NCBI GenBank assembly: GCA_905182125.1
Contig: CAJJAV010000026.1
Location: forward strand, 18,194-82,193
Length of the DNA: 64,000 nucleotides
Direction of reading: 5' to 3'
Source of the DNA: an uncultured Candidatus Poseidoniales archaeon
GTDB lineage: Archaea; Thermoplasmatota; Poseidoniia; Poseidoniales; Poseidoniaceae
Part shown: positions 1 to 10,259 of the stretch, piece after piece
How positions within the stretch are numbered: the first letter of the stretch is position 1
Layout of the letters: each line of letters opens with the position of its first letter
Notes under the pieces: model-generated
What the model was told of the DNA's origin: nothing
The model's input: the letters and a program-made list of their open reading frames with translations, nothing else
Database searches by the model: none
Translations under genes and position numbers: made by a program

Positions 1-1
1 C

Positions 2-1597
2 AACGTCAATCACGTGTACTCGCTTGCAGCAGATGCTGACATCGATGACGACGACATGATCACCATCGGTGGGCAAGAGGTTGTTGCAGTCAACCCAGGT
101 CAACAAATGCTCATCCCGACCACCGTTACCAACTACGGAAACGGTCCAGATCGCTATGATTTCCGCCTTGCTCGTGTCACAGACCCTGCAGGCGTTGACG
201 TCATTTGGGACATCGAAATCCCCCGTGAAAGTTTGACAGAATTGTCCCGAGACACTGAACAATTGTTTGACATCGAAATCAATGTGCCAGATCAGGTTGA
301 AGCCGGTATTTACACCGTTGTCTTCCAAACCTTCTCTGAAGAATCATACCCAGATGCCAGCGGACGCTTGACCCGTCTGCGTTACACACAAGAAATCCCA
401 ATCTATGTGCAAGAGTTCTACGACATGAGGATCTCCATGGATGAAACCGTGGATAACGCAGTCAAGACCTCTGCTCCAGGCAGAATTGTTCGCTTTGAAG
501 TGAACATCACCAACAACGGAAACGTCCCTGATTGGGCTCGCCTCGATAACCACACCTCGCAACGCGATGGTGAGGCACTGATTTGGTCTGAACTTCCGGG
601 CATGGGTACATTGAGCGGCTGGAACGTTGAATGGCGCATGATCAAGCAACTTGGTACAGATCTCACAACTGAAGAGTCGTGCCAAATCATCGAATCTGTT
701 CCGATCGAAACCGGCAATGAAGATGCTATGCTCAACCCAGATGTTGTGTTCGCAGATGCCATTGACGACCAGTGCATCTACATCACTTCTCTCGACAGCT
801 ACTACATGCCAAAGATGGCTCCATACACGACCCATCAGATGGTTTCCATCGTGACCATTGCTCCATCGGCGAAACTCGACACCCGAAGCCTCGGCCTCAA
901 GGTCGTATCCAAGATGGGCAACATGAACGACGGTGGCGACCATGACGATTCACCTGCATGGGATGGCGATTCACTCGATTCAAACGAGTTCATCCTCACC
1001 CTCCGTTTGCGAGCTCCAAATTTGGACATCACTGAAGTCAAGGCCTCGATCACTCAGGCTGCAGTTGGAGAAACCATTCCGATCAAGGTCATTCTTGAGA
1101 ACAATGGAAACACACATGCAACGGACATTGAAATCATTCTCTGTGAATACCCGAATGCTCAGGATGCTGAAACGGAAGCGGAAATCAGGAAGAACGGATG
1201 CGACGAAGATCGCATCGTAATGCGCCAAGTGATTGGTGCTTTGCTTGCTCCAGATGCTTCTGAAGAATCGAAGTCGATTGAATTGTACCTGCTTTACCCA
1301 GTGAGTGCAGGAAGCCACGGCATCTACGTCGTTGTTGATCCACTCAATGAAATTGTGGAAACCAGTGAGCGCGATAACGTGCAAGCTGTTTCGACCTCGT
1401 TGCAATCCGATAATCCAATCATGGACGTCGCAGGTGAAGTCATCGGAAAGACCGCTTTACCGTTTGCAGTGATCGTGCTTACCTTCGCCCTCCTCGGTGT
1501 CGTTTACCTTGTTGGTAAGGGCCGTCGAGACGATGTCAACAAGCGCTTAGCTGAACAATCATCCTTGATTTCCGTCCTCGGTAAGGACGATAGTTGA
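2..1597 (+). CDS. Cell-surface protein, 5'-partial (continues upstream of window); CARDB/NEW3-like beta-sandwich repeats with C-terminal TM anchor
   Basis: The frame is open from nt 2 with no upstream stop. Recurrent motifs VTNYGNGPDRYDF, NITNNGNVPDW and ILENNGNTHATD are typical of CARDB/NPCBM-associated adhesion-type domains. The C-terminal helix ALPFAVIVLTFALLGVVYLV is followed by KGRR. Confidence 0.6.
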   Translation, partial: NVNHVYSLAADADIDDDDMITIGGQEVVAVNPGQQMLIPTTVTNYGNGPDRYDFRLARVTDPAGVDVIWDIEIPRESLTELSRDTEQLFDIEINVPDQVEAGIYTVVFQTFSEESYPDASGRLTRLRYTQEIPIYVQEFYDMRISMDETVDNAVKTSAPGRIVRFEVNITNNGNVPDWARLDNHTSQRDGEALIWSELPGMGTLSGWNVEWRMIKQLGTDLTTEESCQIIESVPIETGNEDAMLNPDVVFADAIDDQCIYITSLDSYYMPKMAPYTTHQMVSIVTIAPSAKLDTRSLGLKVVSKMGNMNDGGDHDDSPAWDGDSLDSNEFILTLRLRAPNLDITEVKASITQAAVGETIPIKVILENNGNTHATDIEIILCEYPNAQDAETEAEIRKNGCDEDRIVMRQVIGALLAPDASEESKSIELYLLYPVSAGSHGIYVVVDPLNEIVETSERDNVQAVSTSLQSDNPIMDVAGEVIGKTALPFAVIVLTFALLGVVYLVGKGRRDDVNKRLAEQSSLISVLGKDDS

Positions 1598-1611
1598 AGC
1601 GAAGAAACCAA

Positions 1612-2373
1612 TCAGCGTTTGCTTGATTTGGTGCCAAAGGCACCGATCCAGTAGCGAAGGTTCGTGTTGGTTGGCGCTGCAACGATGTGCCCTGCTCGCT
1701 CAGATAACTGACGTTCAAGTCGCATCTGGACTTCTTCCAGTAAGGACGACATTTGCGTTTTGCCAAGTTGAAACTCCTGGCTTAGGGCGGCCAAGTCAAT
1801 TCGAGTCTGGGGTGCTTCGATGAGGTTGTGAACCATGCTTCGTTGTTCATAATCATCAAAATCTGAATCGACGCCAGCCGAAACTCGGTTTCGGATGTGC
1901 TGATGCAAGGCGATCAAAGCATCGCGTTGGCGGTCGAGGTTTTCGAGCACCTCTCCAATTTGTTGGATGTGGGCTATGCCTTCACCGACGGATATTTTCT
2001 TCCGACCACTGATGGTGTTGACCACAACATCCACACCTTGTGGCAGGCGGTTTGAGAGGCGCATAGGGCCTCCAGCAGGCAGCGTTCGTTGTTCACAATG
2101 AAACAAGTCTGGACCCAGATCAATTCGTAAGGACATGGACTGCTGAACACTGTAAATCGTCCGCGGTGGTCCACCTTTTTCGCTCGGAACCTTCATTTTC
2201 ATAACAAACTCGCCTCGTTCCAATTCCTTCAGATGCTTGACGATGGCCTGTTGACTCACGCCCAAGATTTCGGCTAATTGCATTGGATAGTGTGGCTCCC
2301 GAACGAGGCGTTCGAGGATCTGCCGCCGAAGCTTGTTTTGAAGCAGGGTTAGGGCGGTGTCGACATCGGTCAT
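1612..2373 (-). CDS. ArsR-type winged-helix transcriptional regulator with C-terminal coiled/dimerisation region
   Basis: HTH segment LRRQILERLVREPHYPMQLAEILGVSQQAIVKHLKELE. Start moved to internal ATG (MTDVDTAL, cat at 2371-2373) because the 49-aa extension of the long ORF has no homologous look and approaches the upstream gene. Confidence 0.7.
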   Translation of the reverse strand: MTDVDTALTLLQNKLRRQILERLVREPHYPMQLAEILGVSQQAIVKHLKELERGEFVMKMKVPSEKGGPPRTIYSVQQSMSLRIDLGPDLFHCEQRTLPAGGPMRLSNRLPQGVDVVVNTISGRKKISVGEGIAHIQQIGEVLENLDRQRDALIALHQHIRNRVSAGVDSDFDDYEQRSMVHNLIEAPQTRIDLAALSQEFQLGKTQMSSLLEEVQMRLERQLSERAGHIVAAPTNTNLRYWIGAFGTKSSKR

Positions 2374-2458
2374 ATTGCTCAACCTGAGGTTAACTAGACA
2401 AAGCCCCCATTTGAAGCCGTCGGCCCTACCGGAGTCGAGGAAAACAGATGTTCGACCT

Positions 2459-3049
2459 TCAGAAGAAGTCGATAACGCGATTGAACACCCGTTGCCAACC
2501 AAGAACCGCTGCGAGGCCAAACAGGACTCCAGCGATCACCAATGGCCATGCAGTCGTCTTTGGAAGCGAAGCCTCGTATGTCCATTCAACATCGAATTGT
2601 TGGAGTGTCTGAACATCCTCCCCACCAGCGACAAAGCGGTACTCACCGCTGCTTGCTTTCCATGTGAACTGTCCATCAGCACCTTCGCCACCAGCAATGA
2701 GGTTCACAGAAGATTTTTCACATTCATAATACTCATCTTTTTCGGTGCACTTCGCAGCTTCTGAGGCTTCAGCGACGCCGATCCATACACCGCTCTTCAT
2801 CCATGTGATCTCAACTGATACCTCAGCCTGATCGACTTCAGATGGAAGGTTGACAATTTCCATGGACATGCCCCAGTAACACGTGACCTCGTCGTCTTGG
2901 ATTAACGGCAGGCCTTGTTCAACGCTGCATGGTGGAAGCATAGCGCTCTCGATGCTGTTATCAGAAAGGCCTTCAGAGCCGACAAAGGCGACGACCAAGA
3001 GCACAACTGCGATGAGAGCACAAATGCAACGAACAACGGCGCTCCACAT
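2459..3049 (-). CDS. Hypothetical membrane-anchored extracytoplasmic protein (N- and C-terminal TM helices)
   Basis: N-terminal helix ICALIAVVLLVVAFVG and C-terminal helix WPLVIAGVLFGLAAVLGW. Cys-containing acidic central domain. No recognisable family. Confidence 0.5.
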   Translation of the reverse strand: MWSAVVRCICALIAVVLLVVAFVGSEGLSDNSIESAMLPPCSVEQGLPLIQDDEVTCYWGMSMEIVNLPSEVDQAEVSVEITWMKSGVWIGVAEASEAAKCTEKDEYYECEKSSVNLIAGGEGADGQFTWKASSGEYRFVAGGEDVQTLQQFDVEWTYEASLPKTTAWPLVIAGVLFGLAAVLGWQRVFNRVIDFF

Positions 3050-3058
3050 AGTGCACCC

Positions 3059-4096
3059 TCAAATTTCGTCCCATGACTTCCAATCCTTGTTGGATTGTTC
3101 CTTTGGCTCAGTGCGCTTTACTGATTGGATTTTACGTCGCTGTTCTGAGGTTTCGGTTGCGGGAGCGATGTCGCTTGCACCTTCATCCCACGAGGTGATG
3201 GTTTTGGTGTTTGGATTTTTGATTGGGGCGTTGGTTTGGGGCTTGATCGGGCTGTCTGCAAATGGGTCGCTCACGGTTTTCGAAGCCTGGTCGACATCGC
3301 CTCGCATCAACGCATAGACCTGTTCTGTGGTCAACAAGTTTCCACGCATCACGCTTTCCTTTCCATCGATGAACTCTTCTGTATCAGAAAGTCCAGTATC
3401 GGCAAATGGTGCATCCACTTTCGGTTGGAGTGGGTTTTCCCCGCGAGCGAAGGCAGCCACCATTTCAGGCGTGACCTCTGCAGCTTGGGTCATGGTCCCG
3501 TCTGCATTCATCATCACCACGGAGGTTTTCTTACGGCTTGACCGAGTCAGTGCTAAGACCACTCCGGCCAAAGGTAAGATGAACAAACCAAGGCAACATG
3601 AAGCGAATCCAAGCAAGAGCCCGGGGTTCGAAAATGCAGCGTATTGGTAGCGATTTGTGTGAACGAGGTACACCGTTTCATCGGCACAATCATTGCCTTC
3701 TTGGCAGGTGCTGTCCAAGGCATATTCGCCCTCCTCAGTGACGGTCCAACTGCTTGTGACAATGAATTGGGTTTGGTCGGTCGCCATGGGGAGCCAATCA
3801 GATTTACAGATCTTGTTCTCAAGGGCCGTATCGACTCGAGCGGAACCCTCGATTTTGGTCAGGTTGAGGTCGACATTGTCCTCGCCCTCTTCTGCAATTG
3901 CATAGTAGCAACCAGGTTCGAGCATTGCGACCTCGCTTCCCGGGCCGGTGGCTTCGAGCGTGGCAACTTTCCGAGCGTCGTAGGCTTCATCGATGGTGTT
4001 CCCTTGAGCGTTGAGTAAAAACGCACCCAAGATCAACATGAGGGCACCAACGATGGCCAATCGCACGGGCCAAGGATTGCGGGTGGGTGCGACCAT
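3059..4096 (-). CDS. Hypothetical membrane protein (two TM helices, acidic Cys-containing ectodomain, long cytoplasmic tail)
   Basis: Helices VRLAIVGALMLILGAFLL and LLLGFASCCLGLFILPLAGVVLAL. Start set to ATG at 4096 (MVAPTRNPWP) because the longer ORF overlaps the 3' end of top6A. Confidence 0.5.
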   Translation of the reverse strand: MVAPTRNPWPVRLAIVGALMLILGAFLLNAQGNTIDEAYDARKVATLEATGPGSEVAMLEPGCYYAIAEEGEDNVDLNLTKIEGSARVDTALENKICKSDWLPMATDQTQFIVTSSWTVTEEGEYALDSTCQEGNDCADETVYLVHTNRYQYAAFSNPGLLLGFASCCLGLFILPLAGVVLALTRSSRKKTSVVMMNADGTMTQAAEVTPEMVAAFARGENPLQPKVDAPFADTGLSDTEEFIDGKESVMRGNLLTTEQVYALMRGDVDQASKTVSDPFADSPIKPQTNAPIKNPNTKTITSWDEGASDIAPATETSEQRRKIQSVKRTEPKEQSNKDWKSWDEI

Positions 4097-4133
4097 GAAG
4101 CCACCTCTCACTCTTCCCCAATGAATCCTCGCT

Positions 4134-5234
4134 TCAAGCCAAACCGAGTTCAGAGAGCTTCTCTGGGAGGTAGGTTTCGGTAACGAAATCAAGTCCATAC
4201 TTCGCCAGTGATTGTTGTTCAGCCTTCTTTCCAAGTTCCAACATCATGTTGATTTGTTCTTGCCACCAACCGTCAGCAAATCTTGGATCTGTAAGTTCTG
4301 CCTTCAGCGCTTCAATGTCTTTCTTCGATAGGTCATCGTTTGGCAGGTCATATGCAACAATGTCATCAGCGGTGATGCCAAGGTAGGTTGCACTTGGTGT
4401 GGCAAGGTACTCGGAAATGTGAGCAGTCTTGATTGCACCATAGGCGATGGAGGCGAAGATTCGGAACGACCACGGATCCCCGTCGAGGAAGACGACGACT
4501 GGTAAGTCCCATTCCTCGCTCATACGCTTCATGATTCGTCGAGTCGACCGAGCAGGTTGCCCCTTGAGGTGAAGTAAGCCACAGCGGTATTGTTCATCGA
4601 ACCCATTCTCAATCAACCGGTCAAACATACCACCAGTCTCGATAGCCATGATGAAATCGATGTCATGCTCGAGCAATTCGATCTTCTCTGCTTCAACGTT
4701 GTAAGGCACGCCGTAGCCGGAATCGCCAACATCGTCTCGAGCGTTGATGCGCATCCATTCGCCTCTTCTGTTTCGCTCACGCAGAGTAAGGTTCCCAATC
4801 ATTCGAGCACCGTCTTCTTCAGGACGCAGTTTGAAATCCTCACGCAGGCACTTGGTGACAATTTCCAAATCTTCTGCGAGGTTGTTCGATTCATTCTGAC
4901 TGCCGAACTTTCCAAGTCCCCACGCCTCTGAAATGTAGTACATTTCTCTCAGCGTCGAAGATTTACCAGCGACGAGCATTTCCTCGATGAATTCAACCAC
5001 GTGGAGCGCTCTTAGCAACTGTTTGGCTGACCCAAGGCTTGTTGCATCACGAATGGACTGCTTTTTTCCGTATTTGTAGACGCCGAGTTTCTTGTCAAAC
5101 CCGATGTTGTTTTTGGTTCGCACGGGCAGCGTCATTGTTGGAGGCTCCCCTTTCACCATTCGATCGTACATCTCTCCGACGATCACGTGCATGGCTGCTT
5201 TGGTCTCTTCTGGTGTGTGACGGCGCGTCATCAA
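4134..5234 (-). CDS. top6A: DNA topoisomerase VI subunit A (Spo11 family)
   Basis: Catalytic-Tyr segment [11 protein letters not shown], Toprim glutamate in AIETGGMF, and DxD in [10 protein letters not shown]. Its start overlaps the stop of the upstream top6B by 4 nt. Confidence 0.93.
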   Translation of the reverse strand: MMTRRHTPEETKAAMHVIVGEMYDRMVKGEPPTMTLPVRTKNNIGFDKKLGVYKYGKKQSIRDATSLGSAKQLLRALHVVEFIEEMLVAGKSSTLREMYYISEAWGLGKFGSQNESNNLAEDLEIVTKCLREDFKLRPEEDGARMIGNLTLRERNRRGEWMRINARDDVGDSGYGVPYNVEAEKIELLEHDIDFIMAIETGGMFDRLIENGFDEQYRCGLLHLKGQPARSTRRIMKRMSEEWDLPVVVFLDGDPWSFRIFASIAYGAIKTAHISEYLATPSATYLGITADDIVAYDLPNDDLSKKDIEALKAELTDPRFADGWWQEQINMMLELGKKAEQQSLAKYGLDFVTETYLPEKLSELGLA

Positions 5235-7291
5235 GCCTCACCTCCAAACAAGGTGGTTTGACCATTCGGGGGAGCCACTGCAGGTTCCCCAATTGACTCA
5301 ATCGGCTCGAACTCATCTTCATCTTCATCTTCGGAAGAATCGTCAGTGAGGACCCGTTCGAGGCGCCTGATTTCTTCGAGGAACTTTTCATCCATCTTAC
5401 TGGCTCCAATCACGTCCTGTGAGCCACGGAAGAAGATGTCAGTTTCCGTCCAGTCGCCTCGTTCAAGGTCGCCGAGGCTGTAAGAGATGACCGTCTTCTC
5501 ACCCGGTTGCAATGATTCAAGTTTCCACGCCCATACACCAGTTGCTTCCTTTCGCCCCCCTGTATCGTTGTTGATCATGGTGGCTCCAGACTTTTCGGGC
5601 CATGTGGCAAGGATGGTGTAAGCCCTGACCCTTGTGGTGTAGTTGAACAGAGTGATCGCCACATCGGTTTGCTTTGTTTCTTTATTCCATACCGTTTCTG
5701 TTTCAGAAATCACTGCAGACATGATTTGGGTGATGGACCCAGACAAATCTGGAACTGGTTTTCCAAGAATATCGGCAGACTTCTTGGCGATGGCTGGAAG
5801 AATGTCGTTAATGAGTTCGAATTTTTCCTTGGTTTTGGCCATCTTTTTCTTCTTTTCCAAATGCTTTCGCAATCCTCTGCCCATTTCGAGCATTGCTTTG
5901 CGTGCTTCTTCGATCACTTCGGCGTTGTCAGCCAACGCTTCCTTTGCTTCTGAAGTGAATTGAACGTTGGTGCTTGCAAGGTGAATTAAGATGGCAGCGG
6001 GTCCCTTTGGCACCCCTTTGGCACCAGGTTGGTCGAGACCATATTGCCGCCAATCAACGCTTTCAATCGCTTTGGTTAGTAAGCAGCCGCCTTGCTGGTA
6101 CATCAGTGGTACGCGATTTGCAAACCGTAGAATCTCAACCGGTTTGTCAGCAGGCATGTTGCCACCGAAAATGAGGCCAACTTCAACTTGGTACGGGTTC
6201 CCCTGTGTGACTTCAGGGGCCCGTGTGAGTGTTGCTATGAATCGAGAGTCAATGGTTTTCGACAGGCCCTTTTTGATGAGCAGTTCTTCGATCGGAGAGA
6301 GGCAATTTGTTGGGGGATTAAGCAGTTTGACAGGCTTTCCATTGGCCAAACGTTCTCCCTGGAACGCTTCCAAAAGTGCGCGAATTTGATCAGCGTTCAT
6401 CGATTTCGGTTTTGTCTTTTCATCCACGTCCGCTGCCACACACAGTTCCTTGCTGGCTCTGGCAGAAACGCCAGAGAAGTTCATCCGCAAGAACACGGTC
6501 AAACGGGAATCTGTTGACTCGGAAGTCATGCGCTGAAGTTGGCCCAATTCAATGCCATGAGGGTGTGGCTTGATGGCTTCAACCTTGGTAGGCAATCGCT
6601 CAGTCACCCGAGGCCAATGATGGACTTCGCCATCTGGGTCGGTGAAGGTGATCTCAGCGTGAGGGTTGACGATGCTTGTCATACGAAGGTATTGCCAAAC
6701 GCTTTGCCTTCCCTTCTGATATTTTGCTTTCAACTGAGCCGTCACTTCAGTGCCGTGTTCTTTTGAAGACCCGTCAGCATTGTACCACATTTCACGACCT
6801 TGATTTGCTTTCGTAGCTTTGTTCTTTCGGGTGTCAAGGCCAATGTCAACAACAGCGGCCGTTGGCTCACCAGCAATCTTGGATCGAACATGGGTTGTTC
6901 GACCAGTTGTCAATTGACAGTACATGACGACCCCAGTGATTCCAATTCCCTGTTGCCCTCTCGATTGTCGAATGGCGTGGAATCGAGAACCGAACAGCAA
7001 CTGTCCAAACACCTTCTCGATGCTCTTCTGAGGAATGCCAGGTCCGTTGTCTTCGACGATGAGTTTGACGATGTCTTTCTTCACATCCAATTTTTCAATT
7101 GCAACGCTGATTGTAGGGAGGATGCGCGCTTCTTCGCAGGCATCCAGTGCGTTATCTACGGCTTCTTTCACTGCGGTGATGAGGGATCTGGCAAGGGAGT
7201 CGAATCCAAGAAAGTGCTTGTTTTTCTCGAAAAACTCAGAAATTGCAACTTGCTTTTGATTCGATGCGAGTTTCTCTGCGATTCCAGTCAT
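5231..7291 (-). CDS. top6B: DNA topoisomerase VI subunit B (GHKL ATPase)
   Basis: Bergerat-fold motifs [12 protein letters not shown] (N box), VEDNGPGI (G1) and GQQGIG (G2). Start set to ATG 7291 ([10 protein letters not shown]), which has GGAGG about 10 nt upstream. The acidic C-terminal tail makes the protein 686 aa. Confidence 0.92.
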   Translation of the reverse strand: MTGIAEKLASNQKQVAISEFFEKNKHFLGFDSLARSLITAVKEAVDNALDACEEARILPTISVAIEKLDVKKDIVKLIVEDNGPGIPQKSIEKVFGQLLFGSRFHAIRQSRGQQGIGITGVVMYCQLTTGRTTHVRSKIAGEPTAAVVDIGLDTRKNKATKANQGREMWYNADGSSKEHGTEVTAQLKAKYQKGRQSVWQYLRMTSIVNPHAEITFTDPDGEVHHWPRVTERLPTKVEAIKPHPHGIELGQLQRMTSESTDSRLTVFLRMNFSGVSARASKELCVAADVDEKTKPKSMNADQIRALLEAFQGERLANGKPVKLLNPPTNCLSPIEELLIKKGLSKTIDSRFIATLTRAPEVTQGNPYQVEVGLIFGGNMPADKPVEILRFANRVPLMYQQGGCLLTKAIESVDWRQYGLDQPGAKGVPKGPAAILIHLASTNVQFTSEAKEALADNAEVIEEARKAMLEMGRGLRKHLEKKKKMAKTKEKFELINDILPAIAKKSADILGKPVPDLSGSITQIMSAVISETETVWNKETKQTDVAITLFNYTTRVRAYTILATWPEKSGATMINNDTGGRKEATGVWAWKLESLQPGEKTVISYSLGDLERGDWTETDIFFRGSQDVIGASKMDEKFLEEIRRLERVLTDDSSEDEDEDEFEPIESIGEPAVAPPNGQTTLFGGEA

Positions 7292-7517
7292 GAGGCCAAT
7301 CCTCCACCACGGTCCTCCTTCGTCCGGATGACGAAGGGCCAATGATGTTCTCAGTGGTTCTCCGACGGTACTTAATCCCTAAGTTTCCTTGAGGTTGGTC
7401 AATCCCCTTTCTCAAAGGGTTCCCGCTGACACGAACTGCTCGGCCATCGGCCGGCCAAGGCCGGGCGAAAGAAAGGTCATGACAAATGATTAAGACAAAC
7501 AGGGCTGTGTTGAACAC

Positions 7518-7973
7518 ATGGCAGAAATTTTTCCTACAATTATCGGAAAAAATTTGAACAAACAGGTCACAGCCATTCCCGATGATTTTTCAGAGCAACC
7601 CCTGATTGTGATTGCAGCCTTCCAACGCTGGCATCAGAACCTTGTCGACCAGTCAATGGAAAACCTTGACAAAATGAACATGAACGAGACCCACACGATC
7701 ATTGAGGTACCCGTGATAAAAAAATCCTCAATGCTTCAGCGGATGCGTTTAGATGGACTGATGCGAGCAGCAATTTCAGACGTTGGTGTTCGTCAACGAA
7801 CCATCACGGTCTACCTCGACAAACAGGCTTTCAGAGACAGCTTGAACATAGAAAATGAAGACACAATGTATTGGTTCTTGGTCGATCACGCCACGAAAAG
7901 TATTCTCCTGAGGGGATCGGGGATTATGACTTCAGAAGACATAGGTCAAATCAAAACACAAATGGCTGCTTGA
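7518..7973 (+). CDS. Hypothetical protein (possibly thioredoxin-fold/ATP10-like; family not recognised with confidence)
   Basis: Clean 151-aa ORF, visibly more AT-rich than its neighbours. No diagnostic motif. Confidence 0.45.
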   Translation: MAEIFPTIIGKNLNKQVTAIPDDFSEQPLIVIAAFQRWHQNLVDQSMENLDKMNMNETHTIIEVPVIKKSSMLQRMRLDGLMRAAISDVGVRQRTITVYLDKQAFRDSLNIENEDTMYWFLVDHATKSILLRGSGIMTSEDIGQIKTQMAA

Positions 7974-8018
7974 TCGTTGCTCAAATATGCCAGATGCAGC
8001 GCTAAACCTCTGCTTGGC

Positions 8019-10007
8019 TCAAGCAAACATTCCATCGCTCCACGAGGTAATTACGCCTGTGAACGCAGAGGCAGCCACTGTGAGCGGGCTAGCAAGGTAC
8101 AGTTTACCCGGTCCTGAGCGGCCCTGGAAATTCCGGTTGATTGCTGAAACAGTGACTTGTTCTGGGGTGATCGAAACACCTGGACCCGCACCAATGCAAG
8201 CGCCGCAGCCGGGATCGATGAGGTTGACACCAACGCGGCCGAACAAATCGTGCCATCCTTTGTCGACGGCCAACTGCTTTACGGCGCCTGATCCGTATTG
8301 GATGAAGAATTCGACACCCTCCTTGACGACCAAACCCGCATCTTCTGCCGCTTGGCAGACTTGAGCGTAGTAGGCAATGTCATCCTCTTTTCCAGCGGTG
8401 CAAGATCCACCATAGGCAATGTCAATTTCAACCAGGCCAATATCAGCGATATCGGCTCCATTTGTTGGATCGCTTGGAATGCCTTCGTCTGGGTTGCCGG
8501 GGTGGGCGACCATTGGCTTGATTTCATCGAGGTTGATGTGGTGAACTCCACCGGTGTATTCAGCACCTTCGTCAGGTGCGACAGCAAGTGCTTTCTGTTC
8601 TGATCGAACGAGGTGAGGTTGCGCTTTGAGCATCCAATCGAACAGCAAATCATCAGCTTCACAGATACCAGTTCGACCAGAGCATTCGGTGGCCATGTTG
8701 CACAGCGTGGCTCGCTCATCGACGGATAGGCTTGCAAGTCCTGAGCCACCGAATTCCATGCTTCGGTTGAGGGTTAATTCCTCTCGGGCGTGGTCTGCTA
8801 AGATGAATAAGATGACGTCTTTTGCCGTACAACCATCTCGAAGGTTACCAACGAGTTCAAACCGAATTGATTCAGGGACTTTGACAAAAGTGAATCCAGC
8901 GCTCACAAGGTTGGCGTATTCAGTCGCGCCGACACCCCAAGTGAGGGCATTGGATGCACCGCCCATGCACGTGTGCGAATCCGTTGCTTGGATGAAATCA
9001 CCCACTTCGATGAATTCTTCACGGGCTACTTGGTGGCAAATACCGGGCGAAACCCCATTTTTGGCAGAATAATCCCGGACACCGGTGTGCTTCTGGAAGG
9101 CCACTTGTAAATCACGCAGCGTCTGAACCTTGTCCATGAACGGTACGAATTTTGGGTTGTGGTGGGCGTAGAGCAAGTGATCTTCAAACACAGCAAACTT
9201 GGCTGGATTGAGCAACGTGTACGCTTCACCGTATTCTTCTCCGAGGAAGGTGTGAACTTGTGCCGTGGTGAACTCGTGTGAGTACCCACCCTGAACTTGA
9301 GCGATGACTGGGTCATCAGGCTTGACGCATTGACCATCGGCTTGCCCAACAAGGTTCCGAGCGATGATTTTCTCAGCCATGGTCATTGGGCGAGGGGGTG
9401 TGTTCATTGGCGGCAGGACAATTTCTTTGTTCTTGAGTGCCTTTGCAAAGGGGAACAAACCGCCCTTTTCGAGAATGATTTGCGTGACTTCATCGTAGCG
9501 GGACGTGAATGCTTCCAGTTCGATGTGTTCACCATTTTGCAAGCGCTCGAGCATGGCATGGGTGCCCATAAGTTGGCCGAGGTTGATGTTGTTGCGTTCG
9601 TGGATTGGGGCAAATGACGCTGCAATCACGATGTTGACTCCCGCCCAACGTTCGCACTGAGCGGCGGTTTCTCGAGAAGAGCCCGTTCCTTTGCGTTGGC
9701 CTGATACAATGACTTCGAAATTTCCATTTTTTAGCGCGTTTTCGTTGAAGACGCGGAGGCCGTTGTGCATGAGTCCCGCATACGCATTCTTTGCAATTTC
9801 CGCCGGGTCGTGGTCAAAGCAAACCCAAGCAGGCGTCATGACATCGGTGTTGATGTCGTCTAACAATTCATCAATGGTCAAGTCTTCCATTCTCAAATCG
9901 AGGCCGTCATAGAGTTGACGCTTGATCAACCCGAGGTCCTTGGTGAGGAATAAAACCCGTTTTCCGGGCGTAAGGGCAACTTTCTCGGGGGGCCAATTTG
10001 TTCGCAT
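8019..10007 (-). CDS. Aconitase-family hydro-lyase with the swivel (LeuD-like) domain N-terminal to the catalytic (LeuC-like) domains
   Basis: N-terminal swivel motif GTGSSRETAAQCERWAGVNIVIAASFAPIHERNNINLG. Catalytic motifs ATDSHTCMGG, YGGSCTAGK and DPGCGACIGAGPG (Fe-S cluster cysteines). Confidence 0.8.
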   Translation of the reverse strand: MRTNWPPEKVALTPGKRVLFLTKDLGLIKRQLYDGLDLRMEDLTIDELLDDINTDVMTPAWVCFDHDPAEIAKNAYAGLMHNGLRVFNENALKNGNFEVIVSGQRKGTGSSRETAAQCERWAGVNIVIAASFAPIHERNNINLGQLMGTHAMLERLQNGEHIELEAFTSRYDEVTQIILEKGGLFPFAKALKNKEIVLPPMNTPPRPMTMAEKIIARNLVGQADGQCVKPDDPVIAQVQGGYSHEFTTAQVHTFLGEEYGEAYTLLNPAKFAVFEDHLLYAHHNPKFVPFMDKVQTLRDLQVAFQKHTGVRDYSAKNGVSPGICHQVAREEFIEVGDFIQATDSHTCMGGASNALTWGVGATEYANLVSAGFTFVKVPESIRFELVGNLRDGCTAKDVILFILADHAREELTLNRSMEFGGSGLASLSVDERATLCNMATECSGRTGICEADDLLFDWMLKAQPHLVRSEQKALAVAPDEGAEYTGGVHHINLDEIKPMVAHPGNPDEGIPSDPTNGADIADIGLVEIDIAYGGSCTAGKEDDIAYYAQVCQAAEDAGLVVKEGVEFFIQYGSGAVKQLAVDKGWHDLFGRVGVNLIDPGCGACIGAGPGVSITPEQVTVSAINRNFQGRSGPGKLYLASPLTVAASAFTGVITSWSDGMFA

Positions 10008-10172
10008 CTTTCCCCCTCAATTGGAAACACAAGCCAAGCGGATATAATCGGTTCGGGCGCGTACCATGCCTCATACTTCGGCGAATGGGACGCATATCGC
10101 GTACATGCGGCGCGATTATGACCGGATTCCTCGGTATTCTCCCGTATTAAGGAGTTCCGTTCTGGCTCAATG

Positions 10173-10180
10173 TTTAAATA
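10173..10180 (+). promoter_or_regulatory. Candidate archaeal TATA box (TTTAAATA) upstream of tfb
   Basis: Exact match to the archaeal TTTAWATA consensus, about 80 nt upstream of the tfb ATG. An AAGGAG SD-like element lies at about 10236-10241. Confidence 0.4.
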
Positions 10181-10259
10181 CTATAGTCATGGCGACTATA
10201 TCAAGGTTCTCCTATCAAGTTGGGCATTTGCCCGACAAGGAGACGCATGAGGGATACAA

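Noticed and set aside
7340-7432. Possible C/D-box sRNA (TGATGT near 7343, CTGA near 7427)
   Set aside because: The C-box is imperfect and the spacing of about 85 nt is long. I found no C'/D' boxes and no terminal stem. This is not enough to call.
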